A program made the position numbers and the translations under genes. Below, one piece after another: positions 1 through 10,312 of a DNA stretch of 22,624 nucleotides. Each line of letters begins with the position of its first letter. The first letter of the stretch is position 1. Origin of the DNA: Fidelibacterota bacterium (GTDB lineage: Bacteria > Fidelibacterota > Marinisomatia > SCGC-AAA003-L08 > TS1B11); NCBI GenBank assembly GCA_030640955.1, contig DAOWIJ010000218.1, forward strand, positions 1 to 22,624, in the 5' to 3' direction. The notes beneath the pieces are model-generated. The model was not told the origin of the DNA and searched no databases. It was given only the letters and a program-made list of their open reading frames with translations.

Positions 1-453
1 CGCCTGGATGACCCCTTAAGTTCGCTTGATCTGCAACCATTAACCGTTGTAAAAAAGACTACAACCATTAAAGATGCGGTTGGCCTCATGATGAAGAATA
101 AGGTGGGCTGTGTTCTGGTCACCGAAAGCGGCAAGCTGGTCGGCATTCTTACGGAGCGGGATTTGATACGGCGGGTAATGGGCCGTGGCCTGGACCATTC
201 TGCCGAAACTACGGGCTCCCACATGACCGGGCATCCCGAATACCTGCGGATGGAGGATTCCGTGGCCCACGCCCTCAACCATATGTATGATCGTGGTTAC
301 CGGCACGTACCAATCGTTGATGAAGACAAGAAACCGGAAGGATTCGTCTCCATGCGGGATATCGTCTATCACCTGGCTGCATTTTATGAGAAGGATATAC
401 TCAACCTGCCTCCGCGCCCGGTGCGTAAGGCCTCGGCCCGTGAAGGGGGTTGA
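1..453 (+). CDS. CBS domain-pair protein, 5'-truncated by window edge
   Basis: Frame 1 is open from base 1 to the stop at 451-453, so the listed ATG at 88 is internal. The translation contains two CBS-like modules (TVVKKTTTIKDAVGLMMKNKVGCVLVTESGKLVGILTERDLIRRV and VAHALNHMYDRGYRHVPIVDEDKKPEGFVSMRDIV). Confidence 0.7.
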   Translation, partial: RLDDPLSSLDLQPLTVVKKTTTIKDAVGLMMKNKVGCVLVTESGKLVGILTERDLIRRVMGRGLDHSAETTGSHMTGHPEYLRMEDSVAHALNHMYDRGYRHVPIVDEDKKPEGFVSMRDIVYHLAAFYEKDILNLPPRPVRKASAREGG

Positions 454-510
454 TCCAACTCCGTGGATTCGGTCTCAATAATTATCAGTAAATGAAAAGA
501 GGTTAATGCT

Positions 511-1902
511 ATGGGAACCAGGATTGAACGGGATTCGATGGGTGAGATGCAAGTGCCGGAAAGCGCATACTACGGAGCCCAAACCCAGCGGGCCGTGGAG
601 AATTTCCCTGTTAGTGGACTGACCATACCGGCATGTATGGTTGAGGCCTTGGGCATGATCAAACTGGCCGCCGCGAAAGTAAATCATCGACTGGGATTGC
701 TGGACAAGGAACGAACCCAGGCCATAATTCAGGCCTCCGAAGAGGTTGTTGCCGGGAAATTCAATGACCAGTTCCCCATCGATGTGTTTCAGACCGGGTC
801 GGGCACATCCAGCAACATGAACGTTAATGAAGTAATCGGCAATCGCGCCTCTGAGCTTATGGGCGGCCAGATCGGGTCTCGCGAGCCGGTGCATCCCAAC
901 GATCATGTGAACAAGGGGCAGTCCAGTAATGATGTGATTCCCACATCGATTTACGTGGCTACGGCCATCGCCCTTGAAAAACGATTGAAACCGGCCCTCA
1001 CGGCCCTGCACCAGGCACTCGCCGAGAAATCCCAGGCTTTTGATCACATTGTCAAGATCGGCCGTACCCACCTGCAGGATGCCACACCCATCCGGCTGGG
1101 GCAGGAGTTTTCCGGCTACGCAACCATGGTTGAACATGCTATCGGGCGTGTTGGGCAGGCACAGCAGGCGGTAAGCCGATTAGCCATTGGCGGGACCGCC
1201 GTGGGAACCGGTATTAACACCCATGTGGAATTCGGTTCAAGTGTAGCCCAGGAATTATCAGACCTTACCGGTATGCGCTTTGATGAGGCGCCCAATCATT
1301 TTGAGGCCCAGGCTATGGCTTGCAGCGCAGTGGAAGTTTCGGGAGCGCTGAAAACGGTGGCCGTCGGCATGAGTAAAATTGCCAACGACATCCGCTGGCT
1401 GGGATCTGGCCCCAGGGCTGGTCTGGGTGAGTTGATACTACCGGCAGTGCAGCCCGGCTCGAGCATCATGCCCGGCAAGGTAAATCCGGTTATCTGTGAA
1501 GCGGTAATCCAGGCATCGGCTCAGGTTATCGGTAACGACACAGCCATCACCCACGGTGGCCTCGGTGGCGTGCTTGAGCTCAACCTCATGTTGCCCCTGA
1601 TCGCCCATAACGTGCTGGAAAGCATTGGGATTCTGGCAGGCGCCGCAACCATGTTCAAAGACAAGCTGATTGTTGGCTTGGAAGTGGATGAAGCCAGGTG
1701 CGCCGACTATATTGAAAAAAGCCTGGCCATGTGTACTTCCCTGGCGCCGGTGATCGGCTATGATGCCGCCGCTGCTATCGCCAAGGAAGCCCACGCTTCC
1801 GGCCGCACGGTCAGGGAAGTCGCCCGGGAAAAGCAGATTGTCTCGGATGAAGAGCTGCACCGGTTGCTCGACCCGCTAAGTATGACCAAACCTAAAGGCT
1901 GA
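511..1902 (+). CDS. fumC: class II fumarate hydratase (fumarase C); aspartase/fumarase superfamily
   Basis: Start ATG preceded by AAGAGG SD. Carries the superfamily signature GSSIMPGKVNP plus FumC-like blocks: GAQTQRA, TGSGTSSNMNVNEV, NKGQSSNDVIPT, IVKIGRTHLQDATP, GGTAVGTGINTH and KIANDIRWLGSGPR. The QSSND and TGSGT motifs fit FumC better than AspA (QSTND, GGAGT). Confidence 0.85.
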   Translation: MGTRIERDSMGEMQVPESAYYGAQTQRAVENFPVSGLTIPACMVEALGMIKLAAAKVNHRLGLLDKERTQAIIQASEEVVAGKFNDQFPIDVFQTGSGTSSNMNVNEVIGNRASELMGGQIGSREPVHPNDHVNKGQSSNDVIPTSIYVATAIALEKRLKPALTALHQALAEKSQAFDHIVKIGRTHLQDATPIRLGQEFSGYATMVEHAIGRVGQAQQAVSRLAIGGTAVGTGINTHVEFGSSVAQELSDLTGMRFDEAPNHFEAQAMACSAVEVSGALKTVAVGMSKIANDIRWLGSGPRAGLGELILPAVQPGSSIMPGKVNPVICEAVIQASAQVIGNDTAITHGGLGGVLELNLMLPLIAHNVLESIGILAGAATMFKDKLIVGLEVDEARCADYIEKSLAMCTSLAPVIGYDAAAAIAKEAHASGRTVREVAREKQIVSDEELHRLLDPLSMTKPKG

Positions 1903-1995
1903 TGCATTACAATCCGGTATTGACGACCACTTTAACACGATTTCGAAGTCACAGCCATGTTCGCGTAGTCTTGACAGGGCTAACCGGCCATACCA

Positions 1996-4251
1996 ATGAC
2001 TGAACCACTACGGCCCAAGGATGATCCAGGTCGCATTGTAGACCGCCGCAATCTTAAAGGCGCACCACAAAATCACCGAACAAAATCAGCCGATAGCTGG
2101 TTGATTGCCTTCCGTAATGCCCTCATCATTTTGCTTTTTAGTGGTTCCGCAACGGTAGCCATCCTGTTTTACCTGTCCCGGGACTTACCATCCCTGCGAC
2201 AGCTGCAGGATTTCAGTCCGGCAGTTGCTACCAAAATAATCTCCCGTGATGGCAAAGTCATATCCGAACTGTATACACAGCAACGGGTATTGATACCATT
2301 GAATGATATGCCGCTGGATATGCGGCACGCCCTCATTTCTATGGAAGACACACGCTTTTACGATCACTGGGGAGTCAGCCTGCGGGATTTTGCCCGGGCG
2401 GTCGTGGTTAATATTGCCAGTCTCAGCTATTCCCAGGGTTTTAGCTCCCTGACCCAGCAGCTGGCCCGTAATCTATATGAAGTGATCGGAACCAGGAAGA
2501 CCCTGACCCGGAAGATCAAGGAAATTCTGACAGCGATTCAGGTCGAGCGCACCTGTACTAAAAACGAAATAAGGGAGATGTATTTGAACTCCATCTATTT
2601 TGGGCACGGCACCTACGGCATTCAAGCCGCCGCCAGGGATTTCTTCAGTGTGGACGCGCGGGACCTGAACCTGGAACAATGCGCCCTGCTGGTGGGTGTA
2701 TTGCCGTCACCGGCCCGCTTCAGTCCGAAGGCCCACCCTGATCGTGCCTTCCGCAGACGTAATCTGGTGATGGCTGCCATGCTTGAACATGGCTATGTTG
2801 AGGAATACGATTATGAGCGCCTGCGCTATAAACCGATTGACGTGCACCGTACTGATGCCATTCCAGGGTTCGCCCCATATTTTACCGAGCATGTCCGCCG
2901 CCAAATGGAAATGGAGGACGAACGTCTGGGGATCAATCTTTACCGTGACGGACTGGAAATCCATACCACGCTGGACTCACGGATGCAATCTATTGCCACC
3001 CGCATTTTCCAGGAGGAGATCAATAATAACCAACGGGTGTTGAATGAATCACTGATGCAAAACGACACCTTGATTTACAGGGTCATCGATACACTGATCT
3101 ATCCCATTGATTCCGTGCGGGCCATGATCGACGGTGATATCGCCATCCCGGAGGAACTGAAAGATAAGCTGCTGGTGCAGGGCGCCTTTGTTTTGTTGGA
3201 GAACGATACGGGCAATATCCTGGCCATGATCGGCGGACGCACAGATTTCCCCGACTATTGGAACAGGGCCACCCAGGCCAAACGTCAGCCGGGTTCCACC
3301 TTCAAGCCGTTGCTGTACATGACCGCAATTGACCAGGGCTACCCGGTATCAACTCAGCTGCTCAATCAGCCTCTGCCGCAAACCGGAGATGCCATCCTGA
3401 ACGGGGCGGATACCAGCTTTTACGATCCACGTAACGATGACGGCTCAACCAGCGGTCTGGTCACCTTGCGTCACGCCCTGCGTCACTCGCTGAATATCGT
3501 TTCGGCACGTATGGTGATTCAACTGGTTACGCCAACTCAGGTAGTGGATATGGCCAAACGGTTCCACATCACTACGCCCCTCAGAGCGGTTAGATCGATT
3601 GCCTTAGGCACCAGTGAGGTCTATGTCCTGGAGCTAACGGCGGCCTATGCCGCGCTGGCCAATAACGGTGTGTGGGTGGAGCCGTTAGCGGTAACCCGGA
3701 TTATGGATCGTCGGGGTAAGGCGCTGCGGGAGTTTATTCCTGAGCGCAAAGAAGTGATAGAGGCCGAGAAAGCCTATATTATGCTTGATCTGATGAGGGG
3801 CGTCGTAGACCTGGGCACGGGAGCGCGCGTACGCTGGATGTTCGGATTCAATCGGCCGGCTGCCGGCAAAACCGGCACTACCGACGATTGGAATGATGCC
3901 TGGTTTGTTGGTTTCACTCCTCAACTTACAGCAGGTGTCTGGGTAGGTGTGGATGATCCTCGAGTAAGCCTCGGTGAAGAGCGTTTTGGCAATGTGGCGG
4001 CTTTGCCCATCTGGGCCAGAATCATGAAGGAAGTGCATCAGTCTTTCGATATGCCTGTGCTGAGCTGGCAGATGCCGGCGGACCTTGTCAGGCTCGATAT
4101 CTGCAAGGTTACCAAGGATCGTCCCACCAAGTATTGTCCCCGGGAGAAGGAAATCTTTATCCGGGGCACCGAACCCCCCGATGCCTGCCAGGTGCATACC
4201 GGATTTGAATCACAGCCCTACAATCCCGACGATGACGTTTTTCTGAACTGA
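1996..4251 (+). CDS. mrcA: class A penicillin-binding protein (PBP1A-type bifunctional transglycosylase/transpeptidase)
   Basis: 751 aa with an N-terminal TM segment. GT51 glycosyltransferase motifs are present (SMEDTRFYDHWGV and related blocks). Transpeptidase motifs are present: SxxK (QPGSTFKP), SxN (RHSLN) and KTG (AGKTGTT). Confidence 0.9.
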   Translation: MTEPLRPKDDPGRIVDRRNLKGAPQNHRTKSADSWLIAFRNALIILLFSGSATVAILFYLSRDLPSLRQLQDFSPAVATKIISRDGKVISELYTQQRVLIPLNDMPLDMRHALISMEDTRFYDHWGVSLRDFARAVVVNIASLSYSQGFSSLTQQLARNLYEVIGTRKTLTRKIKEILTAIQVERTCTKNEIREMYLNSIYFGHGTYGIQAAARDFFSVDARDLNLEQCALLVGVLPSPARFSPKAHPDRAFRRRNLVMAAMLEHGYVEEYDYERLRYKPIDVHRTDAIPGFAPYFTEHVRRQMEMEDERLGINLYRDGLEIHTTLDSRMQSIATRIFQEEINNNQRVLNESLMQNDTLIYRVIDTLIYPIDSVRAMIDGDIAIPEELKDKLLVQGAFVLLENDTGNILAMIGGRTDFPDYWNRATQAKRQPGSTFKPLLYMTAIDQGYPVSTQLLNQPLPQTGDAILNGADTSFYDPRNDDGSTSGLVTLRHALRHSLNIVSARMVIQLVTPTQVVDMAKRFHITTPLRAVRSIALGTSEVYVLELTAAYAALANNGVWVEPLAVTRIMDRRGKALREFIPERKEVIEAEKAYIMLDLMRGVVDLGTGARVRWMFGFNRPAAGKTGTTDDWNDAWFVGFTPQLTAGVWVGVDDPRVSLGEERFGNVAALPIWARIMKEVHQSFDMPVLSWQMPADLVRLDICKVTKDRPTKYCPREKEIFIRGTEPPDACQVHTGFESQPYNPDDDVFLN

Positions 4252-4372
4252 TTCGGCTTTCCCGCATCCCATAGTAATCACGTATACAGCAGCAGAAAGC
4301 GTTAGTGCCACAGGTGCGGGCGCGTGTTAAGTTCCCGGCACCAACAGGAATATCGATTATCATTGAGAATTC

Positions 4373-5767
4373 ATGATTAGAGCAGTACTCTACTGGTTTT
4401 ATCAAAAACGCTGGTTACTGGTGGCCGTGATAGTAGGCACTGTGATGCTGTTCTTGCCGGTACCGGATGGCCTCACGTTGGCCGGTTACCGGACTCTGGC
4501 AATAGTCCTTGTAGTAATTATTCTGATTGTCTCTGAAGCGGTACCACTTCCGGCGACGGCCCTGTTGATCGCTGTGCTCCAGGTTATCCTCGGTATCGAT
4601 GAACCCACCCATGTAGCCCAAACGTACATGTCCGATTCCGTATTTTTTATCATGGGATCGCTCATGCTGGCGGTGGCGGTAGTGCGCCAGGGGCTGGACG
4701 CCCGCTTGACCCTGGGCATCCTATCGCTCACCGGCACCAGCGTTTACCGGATTATGTGGGGATTTTTTATCATTTCCCTGCTCCTGACTTCCTTCATGGG
4801 GGAGCATACCATCGTTGCCATGCTGTTACCGGTAGCATTGACGTTGATCAGAAGTACACCTGAAGACGATACCGAATTGCGCAATTTGACCCGCCTGTTA
4901 CTGTTTGCCCTGGCTTATGGCAGTGTACTGGGTTCCTTTGGCACACCATCGGGCGGTGCGCGTAATGCTATCATGATCGGCTATCTCTCCGATTTCGGCC
5001 TGGCCAAGGTGAGTTACCTGCGCTGGATCGTCTTTGCCTATCCCCTGATGTTGGTTCAGATACCCCTGGGCGGCTATATTCTCGGCCGTACATTCAAGCC
5101 GGAGGTAGCTTCGTTGTCGCAGGCGGTATTTCGCTTGAAACAGAAAGTTGCCGAAGCGGGTCCTTTGACACCGCAGCAGCGTCTGGCAGTAATTCTGTTT
5201 GTGCTGGTTTTTCTGGGCTGGGTATTTCTTAGCGATAAGATCGGTATCGGTATTGTTGCCCTGGCCGGTGTATTTCTTTATCTGGCAACAGGCCTGGTGG
5301 AGTGGCAGGATATCAACCAGCGTACCAACTGGGGGGTTGTGCTGTTGTATGCGGGCACCATTTCACTGGGGATTCAACTGAAAAATACGGGAGCTGCGGT
5401 CTGGATAGCGGACAACTTTGTGGGTCTGATGGGCTCTCTCATGACGCAATTTGAGGTAGTGCAATACGCGTTTGTAGTGATTATCACGACGATTGTGGTA
5501 AATATAATGAGTCCCAGCGCAACGGTCGCGGTCATGGGCCCCATGTTCATGAACCTTGGCGCCGAGCCGCTATTGCTTGGCATGGCTACGGCGGTGGCGT
5601 CGGCATTCGGTTATATGACGGCAGTGGGATCCGCTGCTGGTATGATCATCGCGTCAACCGGCTACTTGAAGCCAAAGGATTTCCTTCGGGTTGGCTGGCG
5701 CTTTGCGCTGATGTCGTTGATTTTTCTGATGGGCGCGCTGCTGTTTTACTGGCCGCGGCTGCTTTAG
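4373..5767 (+). CDS. anion permease of the SLC13/DASS (ArsB/NhaD superfamily) type
   Basis: 464-aa polytopic membrane protein. Hairpin-tip-like motifs are present (SEAVPLPATALL and GSFGTPSGGARNAIM), resembling the SLC13 signature S-x2-F-x2-P-x-G-x3-N. Family assignment is by motif resemblance only. Confidence 0.55.
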   Translation: MIRAVLYWFYQKRWLLVAVIVGTVMLFLPVPDGLTLAGYRTLAIVLVVIILIVSEAVPLPATALLIAVLQVILGIDEPTHVAQTYMSDSVFFIMGSLMLAVAVVRQGLDARLTLGILSLTGTSVYRIMWGFFIISLLLTSFMGEHTIVAMLLPVALTLIRSTPEDDTELRNLTRLLLFALAYGSVLGSFGTPSGGARNAIMIGYLSDFGLAKVSYLRWIVFAYPLMLVQIPLGGYILGRTFKPEVASLSQAVFRLKQKVAEAGPLTPQQRLAVILFVLVFLGWVFLSDKIGIGIVALAGVFLYLATGLVEWQDINQRTNWGVVLLYAGTISLGIQLKNTGAAVWIADNFVGLMGSLMTQFEVVQYAFVVIITTIVVNIMSPSATVAVMGPMFMNLGAEPLLLGMATAVASAFGYMTAVGSAAGMIIASTGYLKPKDFLRVGWRFALMSLIFLMGALLFYWPRLL

Positions 5768-5802
5768 GTATTCTGGAGATAATTGAAGCTTGGGAGATAT
5801 AA

Positions 5803-6678
5803 GTGAGATTCCTGGTTGCAATTAGCAGTCCCATTTATTCTGAGAGAACCCTGCAGATTGGCAGTTCCATCGCCGAAGCTTTCAAGGCGGAGCTGTCAGT
5901 GGTGTACGTCGGTGACCGGCCAAAAGCCCTGGCCACGGGGGGTGTGAATCTGGCTCGTGACGCCATGCTGAACTGGGACATCCATCATCCTGGAGTTGAC
6001 GTGCTCAGGTGGGCCTACAGTCGTCTCCAGGAGTATGAATTCATCGATGCTGACGCTGAGCAGTTTGATCCCAAGGACCTGGTGGAGGACGATGGCCGTC
6101 TACGGGTAGTGGTGCCCCATACTCACGGGGAAAAGATCAGGCTGATCCTCCGCGAAGGTGATCCGGTAGAGGAACTGAAACAGGAAACCAACATCCGCGA
6201 TTACCCGCTGACCATTGTGGGAGGTGGCTCGCGCAAGCGCCTCACAAGACAGCTGATTCAGTTTATCGACACCAGTCTGCTGTTCGTGAAAAACTTCGAT
6301 GTTGATAAGAAATACAAGCTACTGCTATGCGTGGATGATTCAGCCGCAACCAGACGGGCCGTGATGTTCTGTGGTCGGGTGGCGCAGGCTTTAGACACGG
6401 AGGTAATGCTGGTGACAGCCAGTAAGACCAAAGGTTTTGGTCCCGGCTACTCGAAGGCCGCTGCCTGGGCCAAGCGCTATATGGAGCGGTTGAAAATAGC
6501 GCACACGCAGGAGTTCGTAACCGGTGATCCGGCCACTACTTTTGTGCGTCTGGCAGGCTCGGACCATATCATTGTAATGGGCAAGTCCAAGATGCATCCC
6601 CTCAAGGCCTGGCTGACAGGCACAAAGCCGGGCGATACCGTACTGAAAGCTGATAGTCCCGCCATACTGGTAAAATAG
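5803..6678 (+). CDS. tandem universal stress protein (two UspA domains)
   Basis: GTG start. Two repeats each end in a USP-type ATP-binding region (PLTIVGGGSRKRLTRQLIQ...LLFV and HIIVMGKSKMHPLKAWLTGTKPGDTVLKADSPAILV). Lies directly downstream of the permease. Confidence 0.6.
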   Translation: MRFLVAISSPIYSERTLQIGSSIAEAFKAELSVVYVGDRPKALATGGVNLARDAMLNWDIHHPGVDVLRWAYSRLQEYEFIDADAEQFDPKDLVEDDGRLRVVVPHTHGEKIRLILREGDPVEELKQETNIRDYPLTIVGGGSRKRLTRQLIQFIDTSLLFVKNFDVDKKYKLLLCVDDSAATRRAVMFCGRVAQALDTEVMLVTASKTKGFGPGYSKAAAWAKRYMERLKIAHTQEFVTGDPATTFVRLAGSDHIIVMGKSKMHPLKAWLTGTKPGDTVLKADSPAILVK

Positions 6679-6696
6679 TATTAACTATAAGCAATA

Positions 6697-6724
6697 CGCC
6701 CTCCTGGAATACTCCGGGAGGGCG
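6697..6724. terminator. stem-loop between convergent genes (candidate bidirectional terminator)
   Basis: CGCCCTCC-TGG-aatact-CCG-GGAGGGCG gives an 8-bp perfect stem extendable to about 11 bp. It lies between the USP stop (6678) and the M3 peptidase stop (6747). No clean U-run on the plus strand, partial on the minus strand. Confidence 0.5.
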
Positions 6725-6746
6725 CATCATATTCAGATCGACGCGG

Positions 6747-8738
6747 TTATTTTGAACTCAGCCAGTTGGCGAAGGCCTCAAAGTTATATTCCCGGCCCAG
6801 AAAATCCTGCACCAGTTCGGCAGCCGGTTTGGAGCCGCCCGGTTCCAGGATGAATCGCCGGTACTGACCGGCCACCTCGGGATTAAGCATGCCTTCAGCC
6901 TCAAAGCGGCTGAACAGATCCTTGGCGATCACCAGTGACCACATGTAGGTATAGTAAATGGCCGAATAGCCATCCAGATGGCCGAAACTGCACATGAAGT
7001 AGGTGTCATCAATATAGTGGAAGGGAGAGTACTGCTCCATCAGCTCCACCATCAGGTCCGTGGTGTTGATTTCATCGGGAGAGCGGTTGTAGTAGTTTAA
7101 CGACAAGGCGGCGTAGTACATCTGGTGCCGCGTGCCCAGCCCGTTGCCGAATTTGCGGGCGGCCTGCATCTTCTCCACCAGTTCATCGGGGATCGGTTCG
7201 CCTGCTTCGTTGAAGGCGAAGCTCTGTAGCGATGCTTTGTCCCAGATCCATTCTTCCAACAGTTGTGAGGGCGCTTCCACAAAGTCCCATTCGGTTGCAA
7301 TGCCGGAAAGTGCTACCCATTGATGGTTACCGCCCAGAATGTGATGCAGCAGGTGGCCAAACTCATGGAAAAAAGTCCTTACCTGGCCGTGACTCATGAG
7401 TCCCGGAGTGCCGTCACCTCCTGGGACATTACACACTAAAGCAACCTCCGGCAGTTGCTTGCTTGTGACACCCGGCAGCATGGGGAAGGCCGCGGCGTGC
7501 TTAAATTTGCCATCCCGGGGATGCATATCCAGGTGGAAGCGGCCGATGATCTCATCGCCATCCCACACCTCATAGCTTTGCACACTGGCGTGCCAGACTT
7601 CCGCTTCGTACGGTTTGTAGGTCAGTCCCAGCATGGTCTGTGTAAGTGTGAACAAACCATCGCGTACCTTGTCGTACGCAAAATACTGTCTCGCTTCCTG
7701 AGAATCGTAGCTGTATTCTTCCAACTGGACCAGTTCGCCCAGGTAAGTTTTCTGCCAGTCGCCCACCTCGATGGCGTCGGGTTCCAATTTCTTCAGGCGC
7801 CGGAACAGCATCTGGTAATCCACCTCCGAAGCTGGATCCGCCACTTCATTTACCCGTTCAATAAACTCGGCCACTGCCTGAGCGCTGCCGATCATCTTGT
7901 CACTGGTGATATAGTCGGCCCAGGTTTCGTATCCCAGCAGATTGGCCAGCTCGTGCCGCCTGGCAATCATTTGTTCCAAGACCTCCACATTGGCGGGATA
8001 GCCACGCTGCTTGTATACGATATAGAGCTCAAAGCGCCTGGCATCTGATTCGGCGTAGGTCATGTAGGGGAGGTAGTCCGGGTAATCGGTGGTGATGGTA
8101 ATCATGCCGTCATCACCCGGCTGGTGGCCGGCGATGAAGTCATCCGGTAATCCGGCCAGCTCAGCGACGGAATCGAGCTTGACGGATCGCACATCTTCCC
8201 GGATATTCTTACCGAAGTCCTGCCCGATAACCACCAGTTCCTCCTGAAGGGCCCTGATCTTTGCCCTGGTCTCGGCATCCTGATCCACGCCGGCACGCTT
8301 GAAATCACGGATTGTATTGGCGTGGTAGCGCTGGGTCGCGGCATCGGCGGCCGAGACATCAACCGCCACGACATTATCGTATGCCTCGCGGGATAAACCC
8401 AGCTCCGTTGCCAGGTTGGAAAAGGCCTGCTGGGCCTGCTCCGCGCTAGAGCGCATTTCTTCAGCAGGATGTACATTGGCCATCAGTTCGGCGCCGGCAC
8501 TGCCCTTGAATAGCATAAATTCCAAATCGTTCAACAGGGTCAGCGTACTCTCAACCGAGGCTGGACCCGAGTAGGTTTTCAGCGAGTTAAAAAGCGTCTG
8601 GGCCGATGCCAGGTCAGCCTGCCATGCGGACTCATAAGCCGGCACTGAGTCAACGGCAAATTTTCCAGTCTGTGAGACAGGACCGGCACAGGTTGCCAGG
8701 ACCATTAACAATAACCCGGATAGATATCTATTCAGCAT
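6747..8738 (-). CDS. M3-family zinc metallopeptidase (peptidyl-dipeptidase Dcp / oligopeptidase A-like), secreted or lipoprotein
   Basis: HEFGHLLHH zinc-binding motif typical of the M3 family. Size about 660 aa. I prefer the second ATG (8738) because GAGGAG lies 9 nt upstream, whereas the first ATG (8753) has no SD. N-terminus MLNRYLSGLLLMVLATCAGP looks like a signal or lipoprotein peptide. Confidence 0.8.
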   Translation of the reverse strand: MLNRYLSGLLLMVLATCAGPVSQTGKFAVDSVPAYESAWQADLASAQTLFNSLKTYSGPASVESTLTLLNDLEFMLFKGSAGAELMANVHPAEEMRSSAEQAQQAFSNLATELGLSREAYDNVVAVDVSAADAATQRYHANTIRDFKRAGVDQDAETRAKIRALQEELVVIGQDFGKNIREDVRSVKLDSVAELAGLPDDFIAGHQPGDDGMITITTDYPDYLPYMTYAESDARRFELYIVYKQRGYPANVEVLEQMIARRHELANLLGYETWADYITSDKMIGSAQAVAEFIERVNEVADPASEVDYQMLFRRLKKLEPDAIEVGDWQKTYLGELVQLEEYSYDSQEARQYFAYDKVRDGLFTLTQTMLGLTYKPYEAEVWHASVQSYEVWDGDEIIGRFHLDMHPRDGKFKHAAAFPMLPGVTSKQLPEVALVCNVPGGDGTPGLMSHGQVRTFFHEFGHLLHHILGGNHQWVALSGIATEWDFVEAPSQLLEEWIWDKASLQSFAFNEAGEPIPDELVEKMQAARKFGNGLGTRHQMYYAALSLNYYNRSPDEINTTDLMVELMEQYSPFHYIDDTYFMCSFGHLDGYSAIYYTYMWSLVIAKDLFSRFEAEGMLNPEVAGQYRRFILEPGGSKPAAELVQDFLGREYNFEAFANWLSSK

Positions 8739-8863
8739 CAGGGGGCTCCTCATAATATTACGAATTGGATTTTACCGACAGTGTGGCAGCGATCAGAGTA
8801 GGATAGTTGCCGAAAATGTATTCGATGCATCCGGCCCGAATTTAGGCCGCGATAACTTGATCT

Positions 8864-10177
8864 CTAAAACAGTTTTTTGACTATAAAGCCGGACTCACGG
8901 GCATAAGCATACAAATCTTCCCTGAAATCGGGGTGGGCGATGCTGATGAGCTGTTCGGCGCGCTCACCCACGGCATGCCCATGCAGGCTGGCAATACCGT
9001 ACTCGGTGACCAGATAGTGCACGTCACCCTCGCTGGTAACAACTCCCGCTCCGGCATCCAATACGGGTACTATGCGGGAAATGGTCCGGTCGCTCACGGT
9101 AGCGGTCGACGGCATGGCGATGATGGGCTTGCCACCCGGTGACCGGGCGGCGCCGCGAATAAAATCCACCTGCCCGCCAATGCCGCTGTAGAACTTCCTT
9201 CCCAGGCTATCGGAGCAAACCTGCCCTTTAAGGTCGATGGAAAGGGCCGAATTGATGGCTACCACCTTGTCGTTGCGGGAGACGTTATAAGGATCGTTGG
9301 TGTACTCGGTGGGGCGCATCTCCAGCACCGGATTGCGGTCGGCCCAGCTGTACAGGTCGCGGGTGCCCAGCATAAAGCTGGCGATCACCTTGCCGGGGTT
9401 GATGTGTTTCCGCTCATTGGTTACAGCGCCGCATTCCACCAGCCTCATGATGCCGTCAGAGATCATCTCGCTGTGGACACCCAGGTCCCGGTGACCTTTC
9501 AGGCAGCTCAGGGCCGCATCGGGAATGGAGCCGATACCTACCTGTAAGGTAGCGCCGTCTTCTATAAGGGTGCAGATGTTCTCGCCCACTTTGCGCTGTT
9601 CATCGGTCGGTTCTTTGGCGGCGTAGGTGTACAGGGGATAATCAACCTCCACCAGGTAATCGAGCTCATCAATGTGCACGTAGGAATACCCCTGGGTCTG
9701 GGGCTGTTGGGGATTTACTTCCGCTATAACCGTTTTGCTGGCCTTGTAGGCTGCCCGGACCACATCCACCGATACACCCAGCGAGCAGTAGCCTCGTTTG
9801 TCCGGGGGACTCACCTGGATTAGCGCTACTTCCGGGGCTACACGGGTTATGGCGTTGGGGACTTCCGACAGAAATACGGGAATGAAATAGGCCCGGCCTT
9901 CGTTGACCGCCGCGCGCGTATTGGGACCGATGAACCAGGCGTGATGGGTGAAACTGGGTTCCATGCCGGGGGCTGTATAGGGAGCGGTCTCTTCGGTGGC
10001 GCCCAAGGTGAGGATGTGGTGCACCTGCACGTCCCGCAGCTCGCCGTGCCTGGCGGTCATGGCCTGGACCAGCTCCCGGGGTACCGCCGCCCCCGAGCCC
10101 ACGAACACCTTGTCCCCGGACTTGATCACACTGGTGGCTTCTTCAGCCGATACCCATTTCGATTTAGCACCAGACAT
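8864..10177 (-). CDS. acetyl-CoA hydrolase/transferase family protein (4-hydroxybutyrate/succinyl-CoA:acetate CoA-transferase-like)
   Basis: Begins MSGAKSKWVSAEEATSVIKSGDKVFVGSGAAVP with a GGGGG SD 5 nt upstream of the ATG at 10177. The 27-codon upstream extension to 10258 in the ORF track lacks an SD and is probably not translated. Length and N-terminal block match the CoA-transferase family. Confidence 0.75.
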   Translation of the reverse strand: MSGAKSKWVSAEEATSVIKSGDKVFVGSGAAVPRELVQAMTARHGELRDVQVHHILTLGATEETAPYTAPGMEPSFTHHAWFIGPNTRAAVNEGRAYFIPVFLSEVPNAITRVAPEVALIQVSPPDKRGYCSLGVSVDVVRAAYKASKTVIAEVNPQQPQTQGYSYVHIDELDYLVEVDYPLYTYAAKEPTDEQRKVGENICTLIEDGATLQVGIGSIPDAALSCLKGHRDLGVHSEMISDGIMRLVECGAVTNERKHINPGKVIASFMLGTRDLYSWADRNPVLEMRPTEYTNDPYNVSRNDKVVAINSALSIDLKGQVCSDSLGRKFYSGIGGQVDFIRGAARSPGGKPIIAMPSTATVSDRTISRIVPVLDAGAGVVTSEGDVHYLVTEYGIASLHGHAVGERAEQLISIAHPDFREDLYAYARESGFIVKKLF

Positions 10178-10312
10178 GATAACCCCCTGGTCCAGGATGA
10201 AAGCTACAAAGAAAGTCAAAACAGGACCAATTAGCCCCGTTAAATTTAGGCAATTCAAATCAGCCTAGGAAGGGGGAGTGGAGTTCCTGGTGTCGAGTTC
10301 CGGGTTCCTAGT

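Noticed and set aside
40-1137. Minus-strand ORFs 40-372 (110 aa) and 475-1137 (220 aa)
   Set aside because: They lie antisense to the CBS-domain and fumC genes. The translations are low-complexity with no recognisable motifs. These are typical shadow ORFs of a high-GC coding strand.
1920-1990. Sigma-70 promoter for the PBP gene (TTGACA at 1961-1966)
   Set aside because: No acceptable -10 hexamer sits at 16-18 bp spacing, since CAATGA is poor. It cannot be supported from the sequence alone.
10178-10258. 27-codon N-terminal extension of the CoA-transferase ORF (MNCLNLTGLIGPVLTFFVAFILDQGVI)
   Set aside because: A strong GGGGG SD sits directly before the internal MSGAKSK start, which also matches the family N-terminus. 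The extension has no SD and would run into the promoter/repeat region.
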